In this document: positions 38,976-51,482 of the stretch, piece by piece
Layout of the letters: the number at the start of each line of letters is the position of its first letter
Position numbering within the stretch: position 1 is the first letter of the stretch
Source: Felis catus
Lineage: Eukaryota
Length of the DNA stretch: 64,000 bases
Assembly: GCF_018350175.1 (NCBI RefSeq)
Contig: NC_058377.1
Location: forward strand, 90,024,001 to 90,088,000
Reading direction: 5' to 3'
Position numbers and translations under genes: made by a program
Notes under the pieces: generated by a model
What the model was told of the DNA's origin: nothing
Seen by the model: the letters and a program-made list of their open reading frames with translations, nothing else
Database searches by the model: none

Positions 38976-40419
38976 AACTTTATGTTTTCTGTCTCTCTCA
39001 AAGATCAACAAACTATAAAAAAATTTTAAGACTTTATTGTCAAAACTTAAAGAGCCAATAGATGGTAGATGCTGTTATTATCAATAACTTAAGGAATGGT
39101 AAATTTGACCAATAAAGCGAGTTTTAAGAAAATAATGAAGAAGATACGCTCTTGGTTTTTTCAAAAAGGAAAAACACAAAAAAGTACAAAGAAAAAAATC
39201 TCGGTAATCTCACGTAGACAAAACCTGCTGGAAGGTTACTTTACAAAAATTACTAAATTTTAATTTTACCTGAAATTAGTAGAAGGAACTGAAATGAAAT
39301 GAAATACTGCTGAACCTCAGATGTTTACTCACAACAGAGATAGATTCATTCCTAAACTAGCCCTCTAAAGGCAAAAGAAGTTATGAAAAAATAGGGAGGT
39401 TGAGTTGGGACACGCGGTATTTCCATTCCGGTTCATGTTTCTTGAAGCTGAAAGTTTAATTGTTCACCCGAGGTGAACAATTGTTTTGTAAAAATCAGAG
39501 GATATTTTTCATGTTTAAGCAAATAAAGTGCCTGAATTTTTAGATTAAAAACAAAAGAACAAAGCTGAAAACCTTAGCAGGCTGTTCAGAGAGACTTCTA
39601 AGAAATTATTAGGGAATGACGAAGTTGTAAGCCAGATAACTAGAAAGAGGACCAAACACTTTATTTACAAAACAAGAGGAAGTGATTGTGGCTGGTGTCT
39701 GAAATAAATCCAAGAAGGCTGTACGTGAATTCTGAATATCAGTCAGTTTTCTCCTCCCTCTGAATCAAGTGTTTCTTGTGTTTGAATAGATCTGCTCTAG
39801 CCTGAATTTTCTCGCTTCTCCTCTGGGAGCGGAGTCCACACATTTCATATTGTGTTGTCTTCGTTCACTGTAAAAAAGAAGTGTTTAAAACTTGGAAATA
39901 AGGCAAAAAGTTGGGCTGCAAGTCCTTTCAAAGTCCTACTGGGGAATTGTTTAAGTCACCCCAGGATTATTTAATTTTCTAGCACAATATGTCTGTGTTT
40001 GACTTTGCTATTTATTGTTTGGTGACAGCCAGATACTGCAAAGTTATGGGTTAATTTGTATTTTTCTATCTGGTAGGAAAGATAGCCCCAAAGGTTACGG
40101 TTGTATTAGCCTGCAGGATATTAACTAGTTTTTTTTTTTTTTTTTTTTTTTTAACCTAGCAATCTTATTCTAACATTCTTTTGTTTTGAAATGCTTTCCC
40201 TGGGAGATTATATCAACTCTTTTTCCTCAAATGCTCTTGGAATCAGCTTTGCCATCTATTGGTTCTGTTGTAAATTTATGAACTGAACAAAACCTTTGAC
40301 ACGTGTCCATCCTATATTTGAATGAGAGCCATGATTTTACCATTTTAACAATTATACTTTGATATAGCTGACCAACCTCAGCTCATTCTCTCTCCGGTCT
40401 CCTGTGATGACTTACTCTC

Positions 40420-40590
40420 TTGTTTTGCTGAAGAGTCACCTGGGAGCCTATTTAGAATGCAGATTACCTTGCCCACTACTCATTCTAATTCTAGGGTTTG
40501 GCATGGGGTCTAATGATACGCATTTTCACAAGCACCCCAGGAGACTCTGAGGCCCTTGATCAGAGATCCGACCCTTTGAGAAAGCCCCCC
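40420..40590. mobile_element. MER5A-like hAT-Charlie remnant
   Basis: cacctgggagcctatttagaatgcagatt...gcattttcacaagcaccccagg...ctttgagaa. Confidence 0.55.
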
Positions 40591-41130
40591 AGTAACCTGG
40601 GTAGGCCACAGTTCAGAGTGGCCAGAAAAGGCTGGGCTTAAACGTCTAGGCCTTGGGATGGACTGGAGTCCAATAGTCCATTTTCCTAAACTTCAACCTG
40701 AAGACGGTAATTGATCTCAGACGTTCTACCCATTGGCTGTATCACAGTGAGGATGACCAGGAATCCCTTTATGAAAGTTGAACCTTGACAAATTGCCAAT
40801 ATTCATCTCTTCTAGTGACCTTACAAAAACAGCAGGTTTGTAGGGGCCAACCTAATAACTCCTAAGGTGTTTCCAATATGAAGCTAATTTGGCAACTAAG
40901 TTGTGACTATAATAATCGGGACATGGAATTTCCAATATTTGGGGAAATTGCTTTGTAGTTTCATCAGACTTAAAGTGGGGAGAAAAAAAAAGACTCTCCT
41001 ACCAGAAAAATGCACAAAGTACAACTTTTTGCATACAATCTCTGAGAGATTTATGGACTCAAAAGTCCATGGTCACTCCTATTTTACAACTTTCTTTCTG
41101 AAGGCTGCAATCTTTAGGGATGGAGCTTTG

Positions 41131-41144
41131 CTGCCCCCTACTGC
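41131..41144 (-). promoter_or_regulatory. Candidate CTCF motif GCAGTAGGGGGCAG (on -)
   Basis: 13/14 match to CCASYAGRKGGCRS. Confidence 0.4.
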
Positions 41145-43438
41145 TCTGTGGTTCTTAAACTGGGTTTGCTTGGCTTGTGACTCTCCCAGTGTGGAGCTTT
41201 GTAGGAGCTACAACCAGCTGTCACCTCACTCCAGCTGTCAGAGTAGTCCACTTCTAGGTACAGGAACAGGTATTCCAGACGTATTTACTTACAATTCACA
41301 TGTTGCAATGAATTATTACTAGGACAGGGGTGGGGGAAATTTTGTGTTTTGATGAGACGCTGCATTATCCTGTCTAGAGTACACCCTTCATTCTGACTCT
41401 AAGGAAGCTATTTTTCAGCTCTGTCCTGTAGATAACTGAGAAAATGCAAAACAATTCTTGTTTTTAGAAGCGCAAATTATATCTTGTGGGGAGAGGTTCA
41501 CTTGACATCCCTCCCCAGTGGAGGAAGAAGCTAGCTTTGCGTCCATTTGGACATTCATTTAAATATTCCTGGACTGTGTCTGTTCTTTGGATTCTGCTAG
41601 TTATAACGTCCACCTGGTTCCCTCATTTAAAATTAAATAAAAAATTTAACTTGTGTTCATTTGAGATCTGTAGGAGACAGACTCTCTTTTGAGAGGGCCA
41701 GGATCATATCAGAGATTTTGAAGGGCTGGCCCTTCCCTTGAAGGCTCGCTCATAGTCTGATGAAGGAGACACTTAATGGTTGCCAGTAACTCTGACACAG
41801 CAGGAAGCAATCTGCCTCTCTTCTTTTCACCCTCCCTCCAGCCCCCCTGTATTCAAACAGGTAGCACCCTACTAGGTGGAGAGAGATGGAATGCATATGA
41901 ATTTGGCCTCCAATCTGGGCTATTTTAAATCCTCAGATCTTGACTCAAAAGACAAGTTGCATTCTGATGAACTCATCTGGGTTCTGGGGCTACATTTAAA
42001 AAAGAACAGAAAATATCAGAACGCATCAGATGGCATAAAAGCAAGTGTTTCAAATACCTTTTGTCACAGTTTAGTCAGGGTACATATTATTTATTCATCT
42101 TACCTCTATTATTTATATCTATCTATATATCTATATCATTTACTGTGGTTCATGAGCCAAAACAACAAAAACAAAAAGCAAACAAAAACACACAACAAAA
42201 ACCGTTGCACAACACTGACCCTAGTTGTACCCAGAAAATCTGCTTTCTTTTTTCACAAAGGCTCCAAAAGAGTATCAGATTAGGTTTGAAATAAACTTTA
42301 CTTTCAAGCCCCTAACTATTCTAAAGGGAATGACTAGTTAGCTTCAGCTTCCTTAAGCACTGCTGATGGGGCTTTGTCTGCATCTAGACACTTCGAGGAC
42401 TGGACAGAGGGAAACAGAGCTGGGATTACCACGCCAGACCTTCCTACAAAGAGTTGGGTTTTTTTTGTTTTTTGTTTTTTTTCTAAATCAACCTCTGCCA
42501 GTCAGGGTGGAGCGGCCAGGAGAAAGTCTGGGATAATGATGAGGATTATTTTTTAGGATTTCAAAACCATCTCAGCAAGGTTTTATTATTTAGCTGCCAG
42601 AAGTATAAATTCTGTGAAGCTCAGACTTGCTGACTCGTTTTATATTAAAATGTGCAAATCCCCACCCAGACCAAGCAAAAATTATTGTGATCATGCATCA
42701 TTTCCTGAAAAGATTAAAATTGTCACTTTATAAAGTAATCCTGGTTCCTGTTGGTCGCCATGCAAAAATTAATTTTAAAAATGTGACAAGTGTAACAGCA
42801 CATCTACAAGAATGGACTAGAAGTCAGTGTCAAGAAGCTAACCCAAATTAGAGGTGGAATGTTTAAAAAAATTTTTTTTTACGGCTTATTCTGGGATTAA
42901 TACCAGGATTTCACTTTTGGAACTTCAAAAATGAAGGCGGCGTTTTGTGAAGCACGTGCATGCTTTACCAGCTTTCGTATCCCACTTGGGGAAATTGAGC
43001 CTCCTTTAGAAAAGACAAGGACTGACCCACAGGAAGCTTCCTGAAAATGCTTTTTTGGCATATGATAGAGGCAGCTATCGCTTAAAACCATGTCTGGACA
43101 GTCTGCCAGCAAGGGGGTGGCTGGGGACAGCCACAGCCTGGAATTGGTTTCATACTTTCTATTTACCTGGTTTTCTCACTGGGCCTAAGATGGTTGTAGG
43201 AAAGTTTTCTCTTTGGGCCTAGCCTTATTTTGCAAAATGCAGTTTTAAAAGCCCTAGGAAGAAAACCACAGCCTAAATGGAGCGCTAGAATGAATCCTCA
43301 TTTACCATTTCCTGGAGGAGCCTTAATTGTATTTCATGTGTAAACCAGCGCCTGGGATCATTCTTCCCTCCCAATATAGTGAGTTACAGTCTCCAAAATA
43401 AAACAAAGATAAAGCAAAAATCCAAGCAGTATAGTTAT

Positions 43439-43444
43439 TTTATT
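43439..43444 (-). terminator. Candidate distal poly(A) signal AATAAA of TRAF6
   Basis: AU-rich upstream context and a U/GU-rich downstream element (tttttgctttatctttgttttatttt on -). Confidence 0.55.
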
Positions 43445-43600
43445 AAAACAAACACCCAGAATACCAGTTATATTTTAATATATGTATTTCACTTTAATTA
43501 AGAGTACTCCTTTGGTAAAGATGTTGGTGCTATATATAGGCTGACAATATCCACAACAGGTGGGAGCAGGTAGGCAGGTCAGTCTGGCATGTTTTCTTCT

Positions 43601-43805
43601 TTACAAAAAAAATTTTTTAATGTTTATTTATTTTTGAGTGCAAGCAGGGGAGGGGCAGAGAGAGAGGGAAACACAGAATCTGAAGCAGGCTCCAGGCTCT
43701 GAGCTGTCAGCACGGAGCCCAACACGGGTCTCAAACTCAGGAACTGCAAGATCATGACCTGAGCCAAAGTTAGATGCTTAACCGACTGAGCCACCCAGGC
43801 GCCCC
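43601..43805 (-). mobile_element. SINEC in the TRAF6 3'UTR (sense to TRAF6), 17-bp TSD ctggcatgttttcttct
   Basis: TSD copies at 43584-43600 and 43806-43822. Confidence 0.93.
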
Positions 43806-46800
43806 CTGGCATGTTTTCTTCTAAGTTAATATTCAGTTAAGGTGCCATTCCAGAAACTCTGTTTTGGTGATACTCTTGTAACCACTACTAATACATGATC
43901 TACTGTAAAATCTCCAAGTGCCTCTGTGCGATACATGTGAATCTATATGCATAACCTTGGGCTGGAAAGAACAGGTCACACTTATCTACCAATGGAGTAG
44001 AGACCCTGCTTATCGCTCGGCCACCCCCGCCATCCTGACGGAGATCACCAGAGGCTGAGCCGGGGCAGCAGCAGGGCTTGCTGTCTGTGTTGTGCATGGT
44101 GATGGGGGTGGTCGGAGGGGGAGCAGTGGAGGGCGTGTGGCAGTGAATCTTGGTAATGCCGTTAACACACGCCCTTCCATACGTCCTGCTCAACGCTGAT
44201 TTTCGGTCTTTCTGTGATTAGCCTCCCCCTGCCACCTTTGCTTCACTCCCTCTCACAAAGCACATTATTTTGAGTCCAGGTGGATTAGCAAAACTGCTCA
44301 CAAATTCCACAGCAATAGTAAATTCTGAGCAACAGCAGGCTTTTTGATAAGATACTCTGACCACGGCCCATGCTTTCATTTTCAAGTCAGCTTTCATCCC
44401 ATAGCGTATCATACAGTTACACACTTAGAAGAGCCTCCCGGGCTCATAAAGCATCTTTCTGAACAGATCCAAGCATTAATAAATGTTACCCATTACTTAA
44501 TAATATCCAAATTTCAAATGTTATCCTCCTCTTTACAGGTACCTAAACAGACACCGAGACAAAGAGAACAGATTTGCCCGTGGTCAGTCAGCAGTAACAC
44601 CGAAGTCTCTTCACTCCTAATTTACTGGTATATATGCTAAATTACACTGCCTCCTCAGCCCTCTGGGAACATAATCCTGGAACCCTGTGTAAGCAAAATG
44701 GGCCCCAAATTACATTCTCACCAGAGAAATTAATTGGATAATTTATCAAGTGCGAAAATAACATCAGAATATTCTGCACAATTGATCGAGGACTTTCACA
44801 TAAATCCATTATAAAAAGGATCCCTTCAGGCAAAATAAATAAGATTAAAATTCAGCATAATAGATTTCCAAGTTGAAGACGAGCTGAAAGCGAGGACTAC
44901 AATTCTAGCTACAGCTCACATATCACACATTTCCTCGAAGAGTTTAAGATGACTCGGTAGAGGCTAATTGTCTTAGATTTTTAAAGAGAAACCAAACTTG
45001 AGGAAGTCTCATTAAAATTAACACTAAGTAAGAAAGCAAATGTTCCAAAATGTTACTCGTAGAGGTTAGGTGGTGGTTGTTCACTGTACAATTCATTCAA
45101 CATTTTTGAACGTTTGAAAATATCATGAAGCGCAGAGGTTAAAAAGCAAACCAAAAAACAAAAAAACAAAAAAACCCAAAAAACCCCATCTATACACTTC
45201 CACCCAAAACTTACATGCGACAAATAAACTACCAGAAATCGGCCGGCGTGAACCAGAATTTTCGTTAGCTGCTCCTTACTAAAAGTCTGTGAGCATGTAC
45301 TTTGTGCCAGGCGCTGTGCAGTGGCACTCACCACTTCGGTGGTGACAGTGTTTACACTCTCCTGAGGACTGGAGTAAGTCATTACAGGCTTCTAAGACCA
45401 GCGGCATTTCTCTCCTGTAACACAGGAATCCGTACTTTCTCTTCCCCGTTGGGACTTTAGCTTGGACCCTGAAGTCCATGGGCAGGAGCACTGGGCGGAT
45501 GCCATCGGTCAGCAGGGGCAAGGAATCTCCAGCAGGTGCTCCCTTCCAGAAACCCCGCTGGGCAGTAGCAACGCAGTGTGCTTTGCTGACCTTCCAGGAG
45601 GGCTGTTTCAGCGGCAAGCCTGGAGGGAGCAGAAGAGTCCGCCTCTCCTTCCCTCTTGTCCTCAAGGCGGGGCTAGTGTCCTGCTGAGAAAGCACTTTGA
45701 GAGAGAAAAAAAGAGCACCACATCTCCTCATTCTACAAAATGTATGCCCCATCTGGCATTATTTTTTAGTATCTTATAAATTTATAGTAACAATTTGGGG
45801 GGAGGAAAAAGCTTTAAAGCATTAAAGGCTTAGGTGACATTTAGAGAAACCAGTAGTCCTCTCCTTGCAAGTGCATGACTATAAGTGAAGGCTGGAATTG
45901 AATATTACAATCTGAAGAGATCCATCTAACCAGATTTCATCAAATCATCTTTCTGGATACTGGGAATTTGGAAGTGTTGACCCCATTCCATAGATGGCAA
46001 TGGTATCAACTGTGAAGCTAACTATAAGCTTATCATGCGAATCTGGGAAATTTAGAGAAAAATGTATTCCAAAAGAAATATACAAATGACTATTGTCCAT
46101 TTTTCATTTAAGGCACTGCACTGCTTAGGCGTTGTAGAGCTAGGCATCACAAAAAACACCTAATGGTGTTTTGTATAAAATGATGAGTTGTGACTTAATC
46201 GAGGCAAGCCAAAAAAATGAGGAGTAACAAGTAAAGAACATTGCTTTAAAGTCTTAAGTTAGAAAAACTTCTCTACTAATTAAAAGTGTTTTCTGGTCAC
46301 CAGAGAATTGACAGTTCCCTGGATAACAGTTCCTCTTTATGGAGAATGTAATCTAACTGGATGCATAATTCCTCACCTCTTCCTGCTTACCTCATCTAAG
46401 ACTTACTGGTACAGAAACAGTAATGGAGAACATCATTTTACACCTGTCACAGAAACTGCCAGGTATCATCCAACGTCTCCATGTTAATCCAGTATTAGAG
46501 GAACAAAACTTGCCTTTCATTCTACTTCACTTTATTCATCCCCACAATAAAAGTTGCATCCCACTGTAGCATAGCCAGAAACCGCCATTGCTGCAAGGGC
46601 TGAGGGTCGGTAAAAACTACCAAACTACCAATCGACATCCTGACTTGTTTTCCTGCGGCAAAATATATGACTTGCAACAAGTTTCATCCAACACTGGGTT
46701 GGACACCTCTGGGAAAAGAGGAAACAATTTCGCTAAGTTCAAGATGACGTCAGAAGATAAACATGTTTAAAAGGTCAATAAAATAAAAATACATGGGGCA

Positions 46801-48477
46801 AACACTGGGTGAGCCAATTGAGTGAAACCAGCACGTGTGAGTGGGGCGGATTTGAAAACCCACGCTTGATTCTGAGTTGAAATCTTAACAAAAGTTTCTA
46901 TTTAGAATGACAGTTTGACCATTACTTTTATTCTATATTCACAATGAATGGCCAGTATAAAATAAGTGCCTGGTTTCTTACAAAATGTTTGCGGGTTAAA
47001 AAAAAAAAAAATTGCTTATTTGAATTAAGAGGAGACCCAGCTGATGGACACATTTGAAGTAGAATATTATGTCAGCAAAAAATAAGGTTAGGCCATTTCC
47101 TACTGGCAAAACTCTTTAGTAAGTATTGTCAACACTCTGCTGGTTACAACTTAATTTCTTAAAACAGAATTTTATGGCTGGAGTGGACCTTAGAAACATC
47201 TAAACCAACTCATTTTACAGATGAGAAACCTGAAGCTAGAAGTTGAAATCAAGCAAAAACTGTTTTTGTTTGGATTAAGTATAGTAGGAAAAAAAATAAC
47301 ATAACCAAAGCAGGAAATGACTGGCCTCAGAACCTAAAGCACAACCATGCTTTTTATAGAAATTTGACCAGGAAGCTTTTAAATAGCATTTCCTTTTTTG
47401 GTAGGGTTGAATGTTTTGTGGCAACCCCTTTTTTCCCCCTCTGATAAAAGTTACGTTTGCAGTAGAAAATGTAAAACATATGAAGAAAGCACAAAGAAAA
47501 AAATAAGTCCTCAAAAATAGTTCAGTATATTTCCTTCAGGCTTTTTCTATGTAATGAAAGTAACTACCATTTACTTCTTAAATGGAACTCAACAGTTATT
47601 CACTGAAAAAGTCACAAGAAGGGCAGCGGTGCAGGGTTTCGAACCTAGATGGTGGTGCCGCAGCGCTTCCTGGGAGCTAGATGGAAGGCACGGCGGCTGA
47701 GGGACACAGACTTCAAGGAAGCAAACTGGGAACCGGTGATGAGCAGGTGGTACGGTTGGTAACTCTGGGGAACAGGATCCCTGCATGACCTTTGTTTTTA
47801 CTCTAGAACATGAACCCATCAGAGAGGAAGTCTAAATGTTGGGGGAGAGGGGCAGACAGACAGGTAAAGGGAAAGGCCACAATGACACTTGCTGGGTCAG
47901 CCTGGAACTGAAACCATTCTGCTCCACAGACAAGGTCTCTTGGCTTTCTCTTGAAATTAAGGCTGATCTTGAACGCTCAGATTTGGCTTCTCTAAACAAA
48001 AGTACCATCTCTCATGACCAGACATTATTAAACAATCTTGTGTAAACAGCAGAGTGTGTGGGTCCTCTCAGAGTCTTCTAAGAGCCTAGACTAGCTGTGG
48101 GACTCCCTGAGAATGAGATTTCACCGTATTTATATCTATAGGCCTTAACCAACAAATGGCCTAAAAACCATCTCTATTAGGAACACTTAGCCACTTTGAT
48201 ACATTCCACATGACTCTCCTCAGGTATATACTGCTGGACTAAAGAACCTATTCATGCTAAGTCCTGATAGAACCACCAGGATTTCCCACCCTGGTTTGAT
48301 GACCTCTCAGGTATCTCCAAGGATCTCCCAGATATTAAGAAATTCTGCCTTTAGGAAATCAGTTTTGTTCCATTTAACTAACTCCCAGAGAGTGTTCAAA
48401 AGAGCTGAAAATTTCTGGCTCAGATTGCTTCTGCCACCACCAGGAGATGCCATGTTGGTTGACTAGTTGATATATTT

Positions 48478-48696
48478 AAAAAAAATTTTTTTTAATGTTT
48501 ATATTTGAGAGAGACAGAGAGACAGAGTGCAAGTGGGGGAGGGGCTGAGAGAGACAGGGAGACACAGAATCTGAAACAGGCTCCAGCCTCTGAGCCGTCA
48601 GCACAGAGCCCAACGCGGGACTCAAACCCACGAACTGTGAGATCATGACCTGGGCTGAAGTCGGACGCCCAACCGACTGAGCCACCCAGGCACCCC
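48478..48696 (-). mobile_element. SINEC in the TRAF6 3'UTR (sense to TRAF6), TSD tga(t/c)atattt
   Basis: Full head, CT tract and tail; imperfect TSD. Confidence 0.92.
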
Positions 48697-49035
48697 ATGA
48701 CATATTTTGTATGTTGGTGATTATATATGTGCATCTCCTTGTCGTATAAGCCGTGAGTAGCAGAGAACATACGTAAGGCTGTGGAATTCAATCTGCAGTG
48801 AACAGGCAAATTATGGCATAACACTGGGCAGTTGGTATCCATATGGTCCTCAGCGTTCGAAACTCTGGAGAAGATGCTACATGTAGCCTCAAGGAAATAT
48901 GCAAGCCACGTAGAATGAAACAAGAATTATTCAACAGACATGTCTGCACTAAATAAGTAAGGTTATACCTGGGGTTTAAACTAGTTTCTGAATATCCTTA
49001 GTCGCACCCCGGGGGTGGGGGGGAAACGGAGTAAA

Positions 49036-49043
49036 TGAGAACT
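49036..49043 (-). promoter_or_regulatory. miR-146a/b 8mer site 2 (AGUUCUCA) in the TRAF6 3'UTR
   Basis: + strand TGAGAACT; upstream UGGAA can pair with miR nt 12-16. Confidence 0.85.
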
Positions 49044-49104
49044 TAAACTTTCCAAGGATTAAGGTTCAAATCCTCTGAAATCTGAAATCTGAAGGTCAAA
49101 TAAA

Positions 49105-49112
49105 TGAGAACT
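49105..49112 (-). promoter_or_regulatory. miR-146a/b 8mer site 1 (AGUUCUCA) in the TRAF6 3'UTR
   Basis: + strand TGAGAACT equals miR-146 nt 1-8. TRAF6 is an established miR-146a target. Confidence 0.85.
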
Positions 49113-49588
49113 CAGCTCCAGAGTAATAATTCTCGCTGGCACCAGCACAAGGCAGTAGTGATTCTCAAATTTAATATATTACATATAATATAAAAATAAG
49201 CTGAAGTTTTAAGGAACGTCCATTATTATTAAAAGGTTTGAGCTTTACTACTCCAACCCTGGGCTTTTTGACAATAAAACACACTGGAGCAAAAAAAGCC
49301 CATGAAGTGCAACAAAGAGGTATACTGACTGACAGACAGACAGCCGCTGCAATATGCCACAGGCACTCCAGTCTTTGTGAAACTGTGGAACATGTAGGTT
49401 CCAAGGGAAAAACCGCTTCCGAGATCTGTAACGGGAAGAAGCGGTAAGTGACCTCAGTAATAGCATTCGCTGCTGGGTACGATGTCTTTCCACTTCTTTT
49501 CTTGTTTGCATATTATTGAGAACAAGGCAAGGAAAGACGGCTTTCTCCAGACGGCTTTTTTTTTTTTTTTTAAACACACGCAGGGATG

Positions 49589-50458
49589 CTACATCCCTGA
49601 ATCAGTACTTCGTGGCTGAAAACCCTCCCTCCGGAGACTACCCATGTCAAAGCGGGTAGAGACCTCACAGCGCACTAATAAAGTATCGTCCTTAATGAAG
49701 GTTCTCTGTCTCAGGGCTTCCAGATGCATAAAAGTCACATAGCCAAAACCTTTTGGGTTCCGTGGGATTGTGGGTCTCTGGAAGGCAAGCAGCTCTGGTT
49801 TGGCATCCATGATCTCTTCATGGTTTTGCCTTATAGGTGCCTCAGACTGATCAAGAATCGTAAGGCGGATTGTACCCTGGAAGGGCCAAGGGAGGTGGCT
49901 GTCATACTCTCCTTGCATTGTGTGCACAAAGAGGGATATGTAATTAGCACAGCGCTGAGCCGACGGTAACTGAAGGTGCAGGCGCATGCACAGTTTGTAC
50001 CCGGGTTTGCCTGTGTAGAATCCAGGGCTATGAATGACAACAGGTTTCTCCTCTTCTTGAGATTTCAAATGCATCCCAAAGTTGCCAATCTTCCAGATGT
50101 AAATCCCATTGCACTGCTGTGCTTCTATTTCAACAACTTTGTCCTCAAGGGTTCGAATCGTTTGTTTGAGCTCACTTACGTACATGCTCTGAGTTTCCAT
50201 TTTAGCAATTAGCTCTCGGATTTGATGGTCTTGTCTTACAAGGCGACCCTCTAACTGCTGAATGGTTTCTTGGAAATTCTGGACCTCTGGGTGACACCCA
50301 GTGGAAACCCGGGACGCAGAGGAAGAATCGTATGGAGGCATATCACACTGAGGTACAGGAGGTAACGCAAGGCTTAAACTCTGAACAGCCTGGGCCAACA
50401 TTCTCATGTGCGACTGGGTATTCTCTTGCAGGTGGCGTGCCAAGTGATTCCTCTGCAT
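49589..50458 (-). CDS. TRAF6: TRAF6 terminal coding exon: coiled coil and TRAF-C/MATH domain (MQRNHL...STDSGM*)
   Basis: ORF 49589..50458 (289 aa); acceptor tttttag|ATG; MATH motif [15 protein letters not shown]...[13 protein letters not shown]. Confidence 0.99.
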   Translation of the reverse strand: MQRNHLARHLQENTQSHMRMLAQAVQSLSLALPPVPQCDMPPYDSSSASRVSTGCHPEVQNFQETIQQLEGRLVRQDHQIRELIAKMETQSMYVSELKQTIRTLEDKVVEIEAQQCNGIYIWKIGNFGMHLKSQEEEKPVVIHSPGFYTGKPGYKLCMRLHLQLPSAQRCANYISLFVHTMQGEYDSHLPWPFQGTIRLTILDQSEAPIRQNHEEIMDAKPELLAFQRPTIPRNPKGFGYVTFMHLEALRQRTFIKDDTLLVRCEVSTRFDMGSLRREGFQPRSTDSGM

Positions 50459-51281
50459 CTAAAAACCAAGCACAAGCCTTAGGTTGGGACTAGATACTGT
50501 GAGGACTAGGAAGGGACCTAGCCAAGCCAAATAAAAGGTTTTTAAGTCATGTCATCACTTCCCTCAGTCCCCTACCATCTTCTTCAACAAATTCTTGACC
50601 TAGTGAGACGATCTTATCTATTCATCCACTGGAAAAGTGAGGCTATGTGCCAAATACTCTCACCTTTCACTCAGATAAACCTCCCTCCCACCTACGGAAG
50701 TATCAGGATCCCTACCCCTTCATCTGACTCAGAGACGACGCTCTGCTTGTCCAACGTTAATGCTTCACCTGGGCTCTTGCTGGCACTCGCATTTTCAACA
50801 CCTCAGAGGTTTTGCTCAGTCATCCCCCTTTTCCTTTATCTTCATTCTCTCCCCCTGACCCTTCCCTCCAATTAGTCTTTCCTACTGAAAAAAAGGCACA
50901 CCTCTCTATTGATCTCACGTCTCTCTTTAGCTAATACCATTTTCTCCCTCTTTCTTTTACGACCAAGAGCAGTCCGTCTGCACTGTCCCCAAGTCATTCA
51001 TTTTATAAATCTACTGCAAAGTATAATCTTCCGTGTCTCCACACTCTTCTTAGGTTGTCAAGAACATCCTGTTACATGAAAAAATACTTATGGTAACTTT
51101 TATTATAAAAGCAATTTGTGTGTATTATAGAAAAACAAAATATAGACGACCAAGATGAAAGTTCCCTATTATCTCACCTAACTACCATTAACATTTTGAT
51201 ACATTTCCTTTAAGTCTTTTTCTCTACGCACACATACAGAATCCTCTCACGAAATGTAATCTCGGCATATATCATTTCCTC

Positions 51282-51482
51282 TTTTTTTTTTTAAGTTTAT
51301 TTATTTTGAGAGAGACAGAGAAGTGCGAGTGGGGAGGGGCAGAGAGACGGAGAGAGAGAATCCCAAGCAGGCTCCGTGCTGCTAGCACAGAGCCTGACGC
51401 TGGACTTGAATTCACAAAACCACGAGATTGTGATCTGAAACCAAGAGTCGAGGCTTAACTGACTGAGCCACCCAGGCGGCCC
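51282..51482 (-). mobile_element. SINEC (CAAGAGTC-type) in a TRAF6 intron
   Basis: Head, CT tract and tail. Confidence 0.9.

Larger units (their letters stand above)
43420..49588 (-). other. TRAF6: TRAF6 long 3'UTR (distal end inferred)
   Basis: Runs from the stop to a candidate distal AATAAA; contains miR-146 sites, AU-rich elements and two SINEs. Confidence 0.6.

Noticed and set aside
48109-48116. TGAGAATG as a decayed third miR-146 site
   Set aside because: It lacks a seed match, and I cannot establish orthology without an alignment.
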